Source of the DNA: Tortispora ganteri
Lineage: Eukaryota
Direction of reading: 5' to 3'
Assembly: GCA_003707115.1 (NCBI GenBank)
Contig: PPNB01000001.1
Location: 620,001 to 684,000, forward strand
DNA length: 64,000 nt
The notes under the pieces are model-generated. The model was not told where the DNA came from and did not search any database. It saw nothing but the letters and a program-made list of their open reading frames with translations. Below, one piece after another: positions 18,930 through 29,453 of the stretch (position 1 is its first letter; every line of letters starts with the position of its first letter). Made by a program: the position numbers and the translations under genes.

Positions 18930-21900
18930 ATGATCTCTGCAGATGTATTGCTCCGCATAATACAGTCATCTACGCCCATAGACTCTAAAGTGAAGGCTAT
19001 TGACACATTTAAAGGAAACGTTAAGAAAGAAGTTGTAAACTTGCCGGACGTACCCACTTACTTCGAAGCCCTTTTCGCTGCACTACAACTTGACGTTCTC
19101 CAGCTTAATAGCCTCACTTTCTCCGCACTTTGTCATCTCATCAGGCGCGTTAGCATCCAAGACTCCTCGTATCTCTCTGAGTATACAGACGCGGTTGTAC
19201 CTATTCTTCTCGACAGACTTGGCTCTTCAAAGGAATCCATCGTCAAGGCCGCTCACAAAGCCCTGCACGATTACTGGCTCTCTTGCCCTGGACCGGTAGA
19301 GAACATCGTCAGACTAAAAGGCCTTTCAGGTTCGCTTCAAACTCAGTATAGATGTCTCAAGTGGCTTTCAGAAATAATCACATTGCGCCCCGGTTTTGCT
19401 TTTCGTCCTTATACCTCCATCGTCGCAGCCCAGCTTAATCAACCTCAACCCGTATCTGAAGCAGCCGCTTCCCTGTTAGTCTCTTTCTTCAGAAATGCAT
19501 CCCATCCGGCTAAGCTGGACCTTCAAAAGAACATGGTGAAAGCTGGCGTTAACCCTGCTGTCTCTTTCCCCATCCTCCAGGAAATCGGCGTAGGCACCCG
19601 ATCAGTATCCGGCTCTAGCAGCCACGCGACCGCTAGAACTGTGTCTAATCCTCCGAAACAAATGTCTTATTCTCTCTCAGAATTTCTTTCAGATATACCT
19701 AATACAAACATAGATAATGACTCCATTGCACCTATATATATATCCTCTGAAGAGCAACTGGACACTATCTTCACGGATCATATCGCAATTTTTAATAGCA
19801 AAGAATCAGAGGCAAATTGGAACGCTCGTGAACGATTCATAATACAATTAAGAGGAATACTGAAAGCCAACTCTACACCAGATGACCCCGTAATCTTTGG
19901 TGTGTTTTTCAGAAACTTACTAGATGCTATCACGAAAGCAATTCATTCCCTAAGAACAACGCTAAGCAATAACGCAGTACAGCTGGTCAAAGAGGCTGCA
20001 GTCACTCTAACGGTCTACCTTGATCCTGTAGCTGATGCTCTTCTTCATAACTTGCTCAAGATTACCTCTACTACGAAAAAAATTTCTGTGCAACAAGCAC
20101 AAGGTGCCATAGCTGTTCTTCTCACTCGCTGCTCTTACAGCCAAAAGATCATAAATACACTGGCTGCTGCCGTCAACGAAAAAATACACACCACTCGTTT
20201 AACTGTCTGCAGTTGCATTTCTTTAATTGTTCTTACTAAAGGTCAAGACACATCATCTTTGTCCAATGCCAATGGTCTTGGAACAATCTCTACTATGTTG
20301 GGCAAATTGCTTGCTGATCCGAACTCCTCAGTTAGAGAATCCGCCAGATCTTCTTTCTGGATATTCCGCTCCTTTTTCACTCCACAAGCTGACCAGCTAT
20401 TTGATTCTTTAGACCCAAATACCAAGAAAGCTCTTGATAAATCCCGTCCAACAACTGATGAAGTGTCGGATAACTTTCCCGAGTTTAAAGTTAACAGCTC
20501 TCCAGGAAGTAGGCGCGCAGTGTCTTTGCATGTCAATTCTCATGGTCAGTACCGCTCAGTTTATGCTCCTTCTCGCACTGAAACAAGGATGCGCACCGAG
20601 TTTCCCAAGCAAGGAAGCACTTCAACTGCTCATGCTGATGCTACATCTGCAATGCCTGGTCTTTCTATACATTCTGAGAACATTAATGCTCCGTCAACTC
20701 CTTCTCGAAGTTATGTTCAAAATGACTCTCAAGAAGAGAGTAGACTCGCTAAATCTGCGCTAACTACTGAGCCTTTATCCGAACAATCCATTTTTTCTGA
20801 TATTTTTGCTAAAGTTTCCTCTCCTGAAGTATCATTAAGAATGCAAGGCATATCGATGCTGACAAAGTATGTTGATGAACTTCCCGAGGATTTTATTCTA
20901 TCTATAAGACCTCTGTTAGTGTCATCTTTCATAGATTCTTTCAATGACGGCAAGTTTTCAGAATTCATGCTCACAAGAAACATTATGCGTGTATTGGCTG
21001 CTGTTTTACAACCGGATGTGTTGTTATGTTGTTTGTTCCTTTATCAGGCCAAGAGCGGTAGTGACGCTCTCAGTTCTGAAGCGTTGACACACTTTCACCA
21101 AATTGCACCTGATGAAAGTTTTATTTGTGACATTTCCCTTAAGATAATAACAAAATCTTCTGCATTCATGGAACGAACATATATTGAAGACCCTGATTAC
21201 CAGCACTTAATAATATCAGAAGCTTTGTCATACCTCAAGACTGTTTTAGAGTCACCTGGAATTCACTCGAGGTGGGTAGCCGCTCACACCACTGGGAATA
21301 TGTTTGAGCCAACTTTGCTTGACCTTTTTGAATCTTCTAAGCGCGGCTCTGCACTTGCTCAAGTTGGTATTCAAGCGTTATTGGAAGTGCTGAAGTCGAA
21401 GAATCCTCATGGATATGCGGAAATGTATGACAATTTTGTAAGGGAGGATTCCTTAGTGGAAGTGCAAAAGGAAATATGCGAACTAAAACTCGATCCTTCT
21501 ATAAATTACAATATATCTGATTTGAAACCTATCAACTTGAATTTCGCCTCTCCTCATATGAAATCAGAAAATTTAGGTCCAGTGTTGCAAGAGTCTGAAC
21601 GTACAGTTTGGGCTGAGACAGAAACGGCTCGTGTTGATCCTTATGACATAGGAAATCGGACTGCTGAGGCTTTTTCGCATACTGTCGAATCACTCATTGA
21701 AGATATTGAAGAAAGGCGTGCCAATTATAAGACCTTTTGGACTTTAACTTCACTGATTCGAGCTTTATCAGTTCCAAAGGCAACTCATGAAGCGACAGAT
21801 AAAGAGAATGGGATAAGAGAAGATCAAGAAATTATTTTGGAGAAAGGTGTTACCTGGAATAGAGTGTATTATGCGCTTACGGATTTTCTTTTGCACACCA

Positions 21901-22442
21901 GCGTGGATAGTGAAACGTTAAACGGTGCGTTGGTCTCGCTTAATCATGTTCTAGTTAAACTACCCGATGATAATACTGCTTCAATTGCTGATCGTTTACT
22001 TGAAGTTTTAATGAAATACGTTGGAGATGATTCTGAAGAGATCACAGTGATGTCTTGTGAAGAACTTCTTGATGGGTATATTGAGAGAATAACCGGAAGT
22101 AAGAAAATCGAGCTGTTAGTAATTTGCGCTGAGCGAGCCGAGCTAGAACGAAGACAACAGGGATTTATATTGTCTGCACTTGCAAGGTGTTTAGAACGAT
22201 GCAAGAAAACAGACAGTATGATATTATCCATGGATCTACAAATGAGGATTGGAGTTATCGCAGGGGCTAGTCTAGGACATCCGTCAGCGAAGATTCGACG
22301 AGCAGCTACTATGGTAAGCGTTGGTCTTTACATGTTTGCACAAAATCAGCACATGGTTTTCGATCTGCTTGGAGGAAATCTTGGTGCAGGACAGCGAGAT
22401 TTGCTGCAGTTTTATTTTTCTAGAAGCGAAGCCTCAATCTAA
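18930..22442 (+). CDS. STU1: CLASP-family microtubule-associated protein
   Basis: HEAT/TOG-like repeats, KESEANWNARE, SLRTTLS, TTKKIS, DPNSSVRESAR; first ATG at 18930. Confidence 0.88.
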   Translation: MISADVLLRIIQSSTPIDSKVKAIDTFKGNVKKEVVNLPDVPTYFEALFAALQLDVLQLNSLTFSALCHLIRRVSIQDSSYLSEYTDAVVPILLDRLGSSKESIVKAAHKALHDYWLSCPGPVENIVRLKGLSGSLQTQYRCLKWLSEIITLRPGFAFRPYTSIVAAQLNQPQPVSEAAASLLVSFFRNASHPAKLDLQKNMVKAGVNPAVSFPILQEIGVGTRSVSGSSSHATARTVSNPPKQMSYSLSEFLSDIPNTNIDNDSIAPIYISSEEQLDTIFTDHIAIFNSKESEANWNARERFIIQLRGILKANSTPDDPVIFGVFFRNLLDAITKAIHSLRTTLSNNAVQLVKEAAVTLTVYLDPVADALLHNLLKITSTTKKISVQQAQGAIAVLLTRCSYSQKIINTLAAAVNEKIHTTRLTVCSCISLIVLTKGQDTSSLSNANGLGTISTMLGKLLADPNSSVRESARSSFWIFRSFFTPQADQLFDSLDPNTKKALDKSRPTTDEVSDNFPEFKVNSSPGSRRAVSLHVNSHGQYRSVYAPSRTETRMRTEFPKQGSTSTAHADATSAMPGLSIHSENINAPSTPSRSYVQNDSQEESRLAKSALTTEPLSEQSIFSDIFAKVSSPEVSLRMQGISMLTKYVDELPEDFILSIRPLLVSSFIDSFNDGKFSEFMLTRNIMRVLAAVLQPDVLLCCLFLYQAKSGSDALSSEALTHFHQIAPDESFICDISLKIITKSSAFMERTYIEDPDYQHLIISEALSYLKTVLESPGIHSRWVAAHTTGNMFEPTLLDLFESSKRGSALAQVGIQALLEVLKSKNPHGYAEMYDNFVREDSLVEVQKEICELKLDPSINYNISDLKPINLNFASPHMKSENLGPVLQESERTVWAETETARVDPYDIGNRTAEAFSHTVESLIEDIEERRANYKTFWTLTSLIRALSVPKATHEATDKENGIREDQEIILEKGVTWNRVYYALTDFLLHTSVDSETLNGALVSLNHVLVKLPDDNTASIADRLLEVLMKYVGDDSEEITVMSCEELLDGYIERITGSKKIELLVICAERAELERRQQGFILSALARCLERCKKTDSMILSMDLQMRIGVIAGASLGHPSAKIRRAATMVSVGLYMFAQNQHMVFDLLGGNLGAGQRDLLQFYFSRSEASI

Positions 22443-22484
22443 GAGGATGTTATAAAAAAATGTAGATAATATGGTCATTCATAT

Positions 22485-22783
22485 CTAATATTTAGGTGAT
22501 TTAGCAGCCAGATCATTCAGTTTGGTAAATGCATCAGGGCTATAATCTTTGTGAACTCTCACAGCTTTCTTGCTTTCGATGAACATTAAGCCAACACAGA
22601 AGGCAGCAATGCCGACACCGACAAAGCCAGTATTAGCTTTCCAGTTCTTAGGGTTAGGCCACCATTCACCAGTGGTACTCCACGTGTATTTAGGATATGG
22701 AAACTGACCGCCTCCGCTCTATAGAAAAGTTAGCTTAACTCCTATGCTTTACTACCATGCAGCATAATCCATGTACTTACCAT
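22485..22783 (-). CDS. Small (78 aa) single-TM protein of an uncharacterised family; exon 1 is the ATG alone (22783-22781), exon 2 is 22718-22485
   Basis: ATG|GTAAGT...GCTAAC...TAG intron (62 nt) gives MSGGGQFPYPKYTWSTTGEWWPNPKNWKANTGFVGVGIAAFCVGLMFIESKK...; resembles the GGG..PYPK.VWS..GGW..P.NWK.NT family of fungi and plants; absent from the ORF track. Confidence 0.8.
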
Positions 22784-23034
22784 TTGTTACTTGCAGTCGA
22801 AGAATACGCTTTGATCCCTATTGGATGGTGGAGTTGTTGCTGTTGGCATAGTAACAAACCCAACTCCCGACCAATTCGTAAGCCAAAAAATATCCCAGGA
22901 CCGACCAGACAACCAGACTTTTTTCTCAAGTGCCAATAGCGACCTTTTATTGCGTATATTCGCTGTTAAATCTAGCATATTGCTTACGGAGTGGCCTTCT
23001 TAGTATTCAGTACTTGCTGTTATTTGTTTGAGAA

Positions 23035-24033
23035 ATGATTACAAGCATATTAAGGCCGTGCAGGAGCGCCAGTACTGGTTCCGTCAGAGCACTACGAAGT
23101 CGGACGTTAGGGACTCGAAATTACTCGATTGTCAGTGAACAACCCAGCGTATCTGAAGAGATGGCTAGTAAAAATGCAGAACTTCGTGTACTGAGAGCTC
23201 GTTTGGAACTGAGCGAAAGTTTTCCTCTTTCGCTGCTATCTACGGCCCTTAACACGCCTACGTCGAGAAACGAGTACATGAAGAATAGGGATCTGCAACG
23301 GGCTGGCAGAAGATTGTTGGACTATCGTATTTCCGAATACATCACCTGTAAATATCCGCGACTTCCCACAGAAGCCTTTAAGTCTGCTAGTCTAGCGTTT
23401 GGGGGCGAAGACACTTTGACGAACATTGGCACTATGTGGGGCATTGAAGCCGAACGGAGTTCCGGGCCGATACCATATGTCGAGCCCGGAGTGGAGAACC
23501 TAGGTAAGCTGAGATATGTTCCTAGGGAGATTAAAGTAACTCCGCGAGTTGTGAAGATTCAGCCAGATACTAGCAAAGGCAGTTCCTTTAAGGAAGCTAT
23601 GTCGTCTGCAGTGGAAGCGGTATTTGGTGCAGTCCTGATGACAGAAGGACCTAAATATGCTATTGATCTTGTTGACGGACATGTATTGTCGAGACGAGTG
23701 GACTTTAGCGCTTTGTTTCAATTCTCGTCGCCGAGTCGAGAGCTACACCGGCTGTGCGTCAGAGAAGGGTTTGTTGAGCCCGAGTACCGACTTCTGGCTG
23801 AGTCAGGGAGACACACAGTTGCGCCTTCTTTTGTTGTTGGTGCTTATAGTGGGCCAGACAAAATTGGTGAAGGATATGGTACAAGTAAGCAAGAAGCGAG
23901 AAGCCGCGCTGCCGTAAATGCGCTCAAGGCGTGGTACTTATACTCGCCAAAACCTGTGACCTACCCTTCGGATGCATACAAAGGAGAGGAGTATAAGGGG
24001 GTATATATAGATGTGGGACAAATAGTGGTATAG
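23035..24033 (+). CDS. MRPL3: Mitochondrial large-subunit ribosomal protein mL44 (RNase III-like plus dsRBD)
   Basis: Arg/Ser-rich presequence, KYPRLP, P.REL..LC.REG...P..RLLAESGR, ALKAWYLYSP. Confidence 0.88.
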   Translation: MITSILRPCRSASTGSVRALRSRTLGTRNYSIVSEQPSVSEEMASKNAELRVLRARLELSESFPLSLLSTALNTPTSRNEYMKNRDLQRAGRRLLDYRISEYITCKYPRLPTEAFKSASLAFGGEDTLTNIGTMWGIEAERSSGPIPYVEPGVENLGKLRYVPREIKVTPRVVKIQPDTSKGSSFKEAMSSAVEAVFGAVLMTEGPKYAIDLVDGHVLSRRVDFSALFQFSSPSRELHRLCVREGFVEPEYRLLAESGRHTVAPSFVVGAYSGPDKIGEGYGTSKQEARSRAAVNALKAWYLYSPKPVTYPSDAYKGEEYKGVYIDVGQIVV

Positions 24034-24044
24034 AGAAGGCTAAA

Positions 24045-24977
24045 CTACTGTTCCCAATGAAGTCTTATGGAAGAGACTAAAGGAGTGCCACGATGTAACG
24101 AACCATTTATACCATCTAAAAAATTCCACGATATGACAAGAGGGGACGATTCGAAGGAAATGTTAAACCAGCATGAAGCTTGCACGGTAGTGGATGACCC
24201 ATGACGGATGCCTAAATAGATATCGTCCTTTATAGGCAATGATTTTATGTTTATAGTTATTTGGCCGCCTGATTTAGCTGAAAGCTGTGCTAGATGAGAT
24301 ATATCATGATCCTTATATGTTCCGATGATTAGAGACATTCCTTCTTTGACAACGTCGAAGATGTCTATCCTAGTAAGCTTGTACGACGCTGTGGAAGAGT
24401 AGATCAGCGAGTCTTTGAGGTAGGATTCGAAGTAGCGAAGGTATCTTGCCTGGCTCTGTACGGTGATTCCAGCGCCATACCCCGCACTCATGCGTTTCTC
24501 TGTGTACAGTTTCATGGCAGACTTTGCGCTCATATTGTAGAATTTCATGAGTACGGCTACAGCTGCGAGACCTGAGCGACCCTTGCCGGCTTTGCAATGG
24601 AGGAGAGCTACATTTGACGGATCTTGTGACAGATAGTGGACAATGGAGTCAACGATTTCTAGCAATGTTGCAAATGGCGGAGGCTGATGGTCGGGAAATG
24701 GATAATGATTGACTGTCACGGGTATCTCCGAGTCTTTGTAAGAGTTTCCTTCGCCTCTGAACTCCCATATCTGCCAGTTGTGGTCGTGGTGCGTGAGCAT
24801 GTAGGAGACCACATCGGAGGTTCTGTTACGGAAGTACGCCTCAAGCGGATTGGACGACAGAAGCGACGACACTATAATCTGTGGAGTTATATAAGAAAGA
24901 TCCAGGTATTTACCGGTAGATTTGTCTATTATTGATGCCCTGGACGAAGCCACTAGAGATCTAAGCAGGTTATCCAT
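24045..24977 (-). CDS. TEP1: PTEN-like phosphoinositide phosphatase
   Basis: LDLSYIT, FPDHQPP, HCKAGKGRSG P-loop, SQARYLRY; ATG at 24977. Confidence 0.88.
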   Translation of the reverse strand: MDNLLRSLVASSRASIIDKSTGKYLDLSYITPQIIVSSLLSSNPLEAYFRNRTSDVVSYMLTHHDHNWQIWEFRGEGNSYKDSEIPVTVNHYPFPDHQPPPFATLLEIVDSIVHYLSQDPSNVALLHCKAGKGRSGLAAVAVLMKFYNMSAKSAMKLYTEKRMSAGYGAGITVQSQARYLRYFESYLKDSLIYSSTASYKLTRIDIFDVVKEGMSLIIGTYKDHDISHLAQLSAKSGGQITINIKSLPIKDDIYLGIRHGSSTTVQASCWFNISFESSPLVISWNFLDGINGSLHRGTPLVSSIRLHWEQ

Positions 24978-25092
24978 AGCTAGAACAGAAAGTGTAAATG
25001 ATCCCAAAGCGGTAATATTGGGACGAATAAAGTTTTCTTTTTTTTTTAGTTCTTCCATCAGACAGCACGAAAAAATAGCGAAGCTAGTGAGA

Positions 25093-25779
25093 ATGGAAGA
25101 GGAGAGAGTTTCTAAGGCTGTTACGGCCTTATTAAAGCATTTAAACGACAAGACGGAGGGTAAGAAGCGGTCATTGTTGGGCGGAGAGGAGAGAGTGCAT
25201 GTAGTGATTACGACGAACAAGTTTCTGACCGACAAGAAGGAGTTCAAGCCGAAGAAGATTGATTTGAAACATCCTATAAGCGAAGAGCCTGAAATATGTA
25301 TTTTTGTTAAAGATCCACAAAGAGAATACAAGAACAAAATAGGCGACAAAGTGAATCGGGTTGTTGGTGTGTCGAAGCTGAAAGGGAAATTTAAAAGCTA
25401 TGAAGCACGTCGACTTCTGCGAAACTCGTTTGATTTATTCCTTGCAGACGATAGAATAGTTAGAATGTTGCCAAAACTACTTGGACGATCTTTTTACGGC
25501 ACTGGAGCGGTACCTGTGCCTGTAAGCATTGATGGCGACTTTGAGAAGAAAGTCGAGAAATTGAAAAGCTGTGCATTTGTCACATTAGCACCAGGAACAT
25601 GTCTTGATCTCAGAGTTGGAACAACCGAACAGAACCCGGACTGGATTGTTGATAACATAATCAGTGCTGTGAATGAATCTGTGGAGAAATTGGTACCTGG
25701 AAAGTGGGAGGGCGTCAAGAGCATAAACATAAAGAGTGACAAAAGTGTTAGCTTGCCTATCTATATTCAGGATGCCTAG
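25093..25779 (+). CDS. Ribosomal L1 domain protein (RSL1D1/Utp30/Cic1-like)
   Basis: ICIFVKDPQREYK, YEARRLL..FDLFLADDRI..LPKLLG, SVSLPIY; ATG at 25093. Confidence 0.85.
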   Translation: MEEERVSKAVTALLKHLNDKTEGKKRSLLGGEERVHVVITTNKFLTDKKEFKPKKIDLKHPISEEPEICIFVKDPQREYKNKIGDKVNRVVGVSKLKGKFKSYEARRLLRNSFDLFLADDRIVRMLPKLLGRSFYGTGAVPVPVSIDGDFEKKVEKLKSCAFVTLAPGTCLDLRVGTTEQNPDWIVDNIISAVNESVEKLVPGKWEGVKSINIKSDKSVSLPIYIQDA

Positions 25780-25797
25780 GTGCATGAGATTTGTTTA

Positions 25798-26664
25798 CTA
25801 ATCAAAGGCTTCTGCGACTAGATTCAGGAACTGTGTATCGGTGAAGCGCATATGTTGGCCTTCTAATGAATTTAAGATGATTTTCCCTTGCTGGTGTAGT
25901 TCCTGCAATCCCAGCCAGTTATTCGTGTACATGACAGACTGGTTGAATGGCGTGTTCTCTTCCGAGAACCACGCCGACTCCTTTGGGGTCACCATTTGGT
26001 CGTTGTCAAATATGACCAGACTCAGTTTGTCCAAGGACTGGACTTGTAGCTTGTAGGTATTATTCTTGATGTCACGTTCGTTGTTGATATCGGCGAGGAA
26101 GCGAGAGTGGTTTAAGTAAAGATCGAGCTGGTTCGGGTCGCGGAAGTATTGTGCAGGTACAATATTATGCTGCGTCCAGTCGGACCACATCTGCTTTTTC
26201 AGCAGGTTGTTGCGCGCTTTGCACAACAGTGTATCGCACGCCGGCAGATCGGAGATGCCCATATGCGGAGATCCGAACGTGAGTAACCGTTTCATTTGGG
26301 GCCCAGTGTTGCATCGTTCCAGCACGCCACGCAAGAACAGGCCTCCCTGAGACATTCCAATAGCGTAATACGTGTCGGTAATGTCCGTAATGTTTGCGAT
26401 AAAATCGCAAGCCTTTTGAACCTGCTTGTTCATGTCGCCGACCAGCGACTCCTGTTTATCTTTATCCGGATCTTCATCCATCCTAATACTATGAACGGAC
26501 GAAAGTGGGTACTTGAGCGCGAGCAAGTCCTCACATTTCTCTATAAAATCGGAATCATAATGGTCACCTAGTCCATGCCATATAATAATCGATGGCGTAG
26601 TTTTAATAGCATATTGTACTGCAGCTGCAGAACAGCAAGCAATTAGAGCTAATAATCTCCGCAT
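25798..26664 (-). CDS. Palmitoyl-protein thioesterase 1 (secreted/vacuolar PPT1 family)
   Basis: Signal peptide, IWHGLGD, GMSQGG, TFGSPHMG, QYFRDP, FLADINNE, PKESAWF; ATG at 26664. Confidence 0.88.
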   Translation of the reverse strand: MRRLLALIACCSAAAVQYAIKTTPSIIIWHGLGDHYDSDFIEKCEDLLALKYPLSSVHSIRMDEDPDKDKQESLVGDMNKQVQKACDFIANITDITDTYYAIGMSQGGLFLRGVLERCNTGPQMKRLLTFGSPHMGISDLPACDTLLCKARNNLLKKQMWSDWTQHNIVPAQYFRDPNQLDLYLNHSRFLADINNERDIKNNTYKLQVQSLDKLSLVIFDNDQMVTPKESAWFSEENTPFNQSVMYTNNWLGLQELHQQGKIILNSLEGQHMRFTDTQFLNLVAEAFD

Positions 26665-26752
26665 AGTAGTCAAAAAATACGTGTAAAGTCCCAATTTGGT
26701 ATGAATTACTTGTTGTTCACATTACCTATCCTTTTTACTAGCACATTGTGCA

Positions 26753-27694
26753 ATGTCAAATATATATATAGCAAGACCATATTTGAACGATAGTCAGCTA
26801 AAATACATAGAGAATGAGTTACATACTAATATATCTATTATACCGATGCAGTTTCATCAAATTTCGTACGGGTTCATGACACAACTTGCAGAAAAACTGA
26901 AGCTTCCGCGACGAACTATAGAAACCTCAATGAAACTCTACTGGAGATACTACATATTCAGTACCGAACCCGTGAACGATCAGAAAAACTACCAAATTGT
27001 CTCTGCATGTCTCTTTCTAGCCTCTAAAACAGAAGATACCGTCAAGAGATCAAAAGAAATTGCTGAAATAGCAACTGATCTTCTGGCTAAACAGAAGTCT
27101 TTCGACCAGTCGGCCGACTCTTTCAGGAAAGCTATGCTCCAATACGAGTCTGTTCTATTACAGCTGAATAGCTTTGACTTCAGAGTAGCCCATGCTGGCA
27201 CGTTGGTTGTGTCTCTAGGTAAGCATTTACAGCTATCAAAGGATATTTGTCTAAACGCCTACATTATCACGTTTGAAATCATTCGCTCGCTGGTAATAGT
27301 CCAACACACTCCACAGACAATCGCGCTTTCTGCGCTTGATATTTCACAGCGACTTATGGTCTCTTCACTCAGTGATCTAAAATCGTTCGAACCCGAGACT
27401 TTGTGCACTACCCCTGCTCTTCTCGACGACTGCCGATCTAAGATCCTCAACTTCTACACGGACAATGTATCGAACCAGGACTTACAGGGCCTCAAATCTG
27501 AGGATCAAGTGATGCAAGTGGGACTCAGCTATTCTAACAAAGAGACATGGACAGTATCGAGTCCATTGCAACGAGACCAACATCCTCCGCCCACTAAGTT
27601 TCCATTGCTGAAATGTATTACGCAGGAACCCCTCACGAGTCAGCAGCAGCTGAGGTTCGCCCTAGAAACTCAGGTAACTGAAAATTGTCAATAA
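26753..27694 (+). CDS. Transcriptional cyclin (cyclin K / Ctk2-like)
   Basis: ARPYL N-terminus; cyclin box LKLPRRTIE...ACLFLASKTEDTVKR...E..LL....FDF. Confidence 0.75.
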   Translation: MSNIYIARPYLNDSQLKYIENELHTNISIIPMQFHQISYGFMTQLAEKLKLPRRTIETSMKLYWRYYIFSTEPVNDQKNYQIVSACLFLASKTEDTVKRSKEIAEIATDLLAKQKSFDQSADSFRKAMLQYESVLLQLNSFDFRVAHAGTLVVSLGKHLQLSKDICLNAYIITFEIIRSLVIVQHTPQTIALSALDISQRLMVSSLSDLKSFEPETLCTTPALLDDCRSKILNFYTDNVSNQDLQGLKSEDQVMQVGLSYSNKETWTVSSPLQRDQHPPPTKFPLLKCITQEPLTSQQQLRFALETQVTENCQ

Positions 27695-28019
27695 CTGTTA
27701 TTTTGAGTTAAAAATACAGCAAATATCGCTATATTGCAATATTTTGCTGCTCTTTCTCGTCTTAGATTGCGCCGGATCTTCGATAGATGAGTAAAACTTT
27801 ATTTTCATTTCAGCGGCGCCAATACACACCAGTATTCGAACCATGACCCAATCTTTAATCTCCCTTCCCTTTACTATTTTCGTCCTTTCCGCTGGTGTAT
27901 AATTTCTCCCTTTTTACGTTCTTTAACGCTGCAACACTGCCTTTTTCATTCTTTCTTCGAAATACCGTGAACTGGAATTTTCTTTACAAATACTGTGCTA
28001 GATACTTGAAGCTGTAGAT

Positions 28020-29111
28020 ATGGGTTCTTGCATGTCTTCCCCTAAGGAGGACCAGCCGCGTACCGCTCCTAATGCCCCGATAGCTACTCAACCAAAAGAT
28101 TCTGGCGCTGCCAGCGAACCAGACACCTCAAATGTCACAAAGAAGCTTCCAGAGTACAAAGTACTTCTTCTAGGTACTGGTGAGTCGGGCAAGAGCACTA
28201 TTCTAAAGCAAATGAAAATCCTTCACCAACACGGATACTCTCAAGAGGAACGAGCGCTCTATCGTCCTTCGATATTTAAGAATGTCCTCGATTGCGCCAA
28301 GACGCTGGCAACTGCTATGAAAACCTTTGAAATTGAACCGCAACAACAAGAAGTGGACCTCGATTTTATTTTCGACGCGCAAATCGACGCAGATCCGAAC
28401 ATCCCGCTTGATTCTATACTCGCTAATAAAATAAAACTAATGTGGAATGACCCAGCAATGGCTACGGTTCTCGACCGCAGGAATGAATTCTATCTAATGG
28501 ACTCGGCTGCATATTTCATGGATGCCATAGACAGAATCGCAGATCCGCACTATCTCCCGACGACTGACGATGTTTTGCGTGCAAGAATCAAAACAACAGG
28601 TATTTACGAGTCTAGTTTCGTTACGGGAGACATGATTTTGAAGATGGTTGATGTAGGCGGTCAACGATCTGAGCGTAAAAAGTGGATATCATCTTTCGAA
28701 AATGTCACTTCAGTCATTTTCTGTGTGGCTTTATCGGAATACGATCAGGTCCTGCTAGAAGAGTCTAACCAGAACAGGATGTTTGAGTCATTTGTCCTCT
28801 TCGATTCAGTGATAAACTCTCAATGGTTCACACGTTCTTCCGTTATTCTTTTCCTGAATAAAATCGATGTTTTTACCGAAAAGCTCAAGCGATCTCCGCT
28901 CGAGCACTATTTCCCCGATTACACTGGCGGCGATGATCCAAACCGTGCTGCCAAATACATCCTTTGGCGGTTCACCAGGCTCAACCGATCTAACGTGAGC
29001 ATCTATCCTCATATCACACAGGCGACTGACACAAACAACTTTAGAGTCGTCTTTGCTACCGTTCGTGAAACAATTCTACAAAATGCTCTTAAGGATTCCG
29101 GAATTATATAA
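28020..29111 (+). CDS. GPA2: Heterotrimeric G-protein alpha subunit, fungal class III (cAMP pathway)
   Basis: MGSCMS lipidation start, GTGESGKST, DVGGQRSERKKW, FLNKID, C-terminal ILQNALKDSGII typical of class III. Confidence 0.85.
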   Translation: MGSCMSSPKEDQPRTAPNAPIATQPKDSGAASEPDTSNVTKKLPEYKVLLLGTGESGKSTILKQMKILHQHGYSQEERALYRPSIFKNVLDCAKTLATAMKTFEIEPQQQEVDLDFIFDAQIDADPNIPLDSILANKIKLMWNDPAMATVLDRRNEFYLMDSAAYFMDAIDRIADPHYLPTTDDVLRARIKTTGIYESSFVTGDMILKMVDVGGQRSERKKWISSFENVTSVIFCVALSEYDQVLLEESNQNRMFESFVLFDSVINSQWFTRSSVILFLNKIDVFTEKLKRSPLEHYFPDYTGGDDPNRAAKYILWRFTRLNRSNVSIYPHITQATDTNNFRVVFATVRETILQNALKDSGII

Positions 29112-29453
29112 TTCGTTCAAATCTTATTCTACTCCATCTGCATCTCAACCCTCCAACCAGAACGAGGGACCCTTGCCCATATTCCTCGCATAGAGAATGT
29201 CTATGACGAAATCCAATTGTAACTTTATATATTTTTTTTTCTTTCTTTCTGCATATGGCTTCTCTCTATGGATTTCTTGTACATGACTGTTCTCTATAAT
29301 CGGAATATCGCAGCAACCAGCCGCTTTTCCCTAACGCTTTTTTTAGGTTTACTGCTGTATGCACCCTTATTGGATCATCTATTGATGATATCCCAACACC
29401 TAGTCATCCTTTTATCTTGGACTTCATCCTTCCCTAATCCTTAGCTTTCATCA

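Noticed and set aside
17873..25779. Apparent coding overlaps of dynamitin/STU1 and TEP1/L1-domain gene (likewise SEC62/MTC6)
   Set aside because: Artefacts of non-ATG starts in the ORF track; the first ATGs give ordinary non-overlapping divergent pairs
28020..29111. G-alpha as the pheromone-pathway Gpa1, forming a mating cluster with STE24 and the pheromone genes
   Set aside because: The sequence is class III (Gpa2-like), and the genes are 30-58 kb apart among housekeeping genes. No MAT, HMG or receptor gene is visible in the window.
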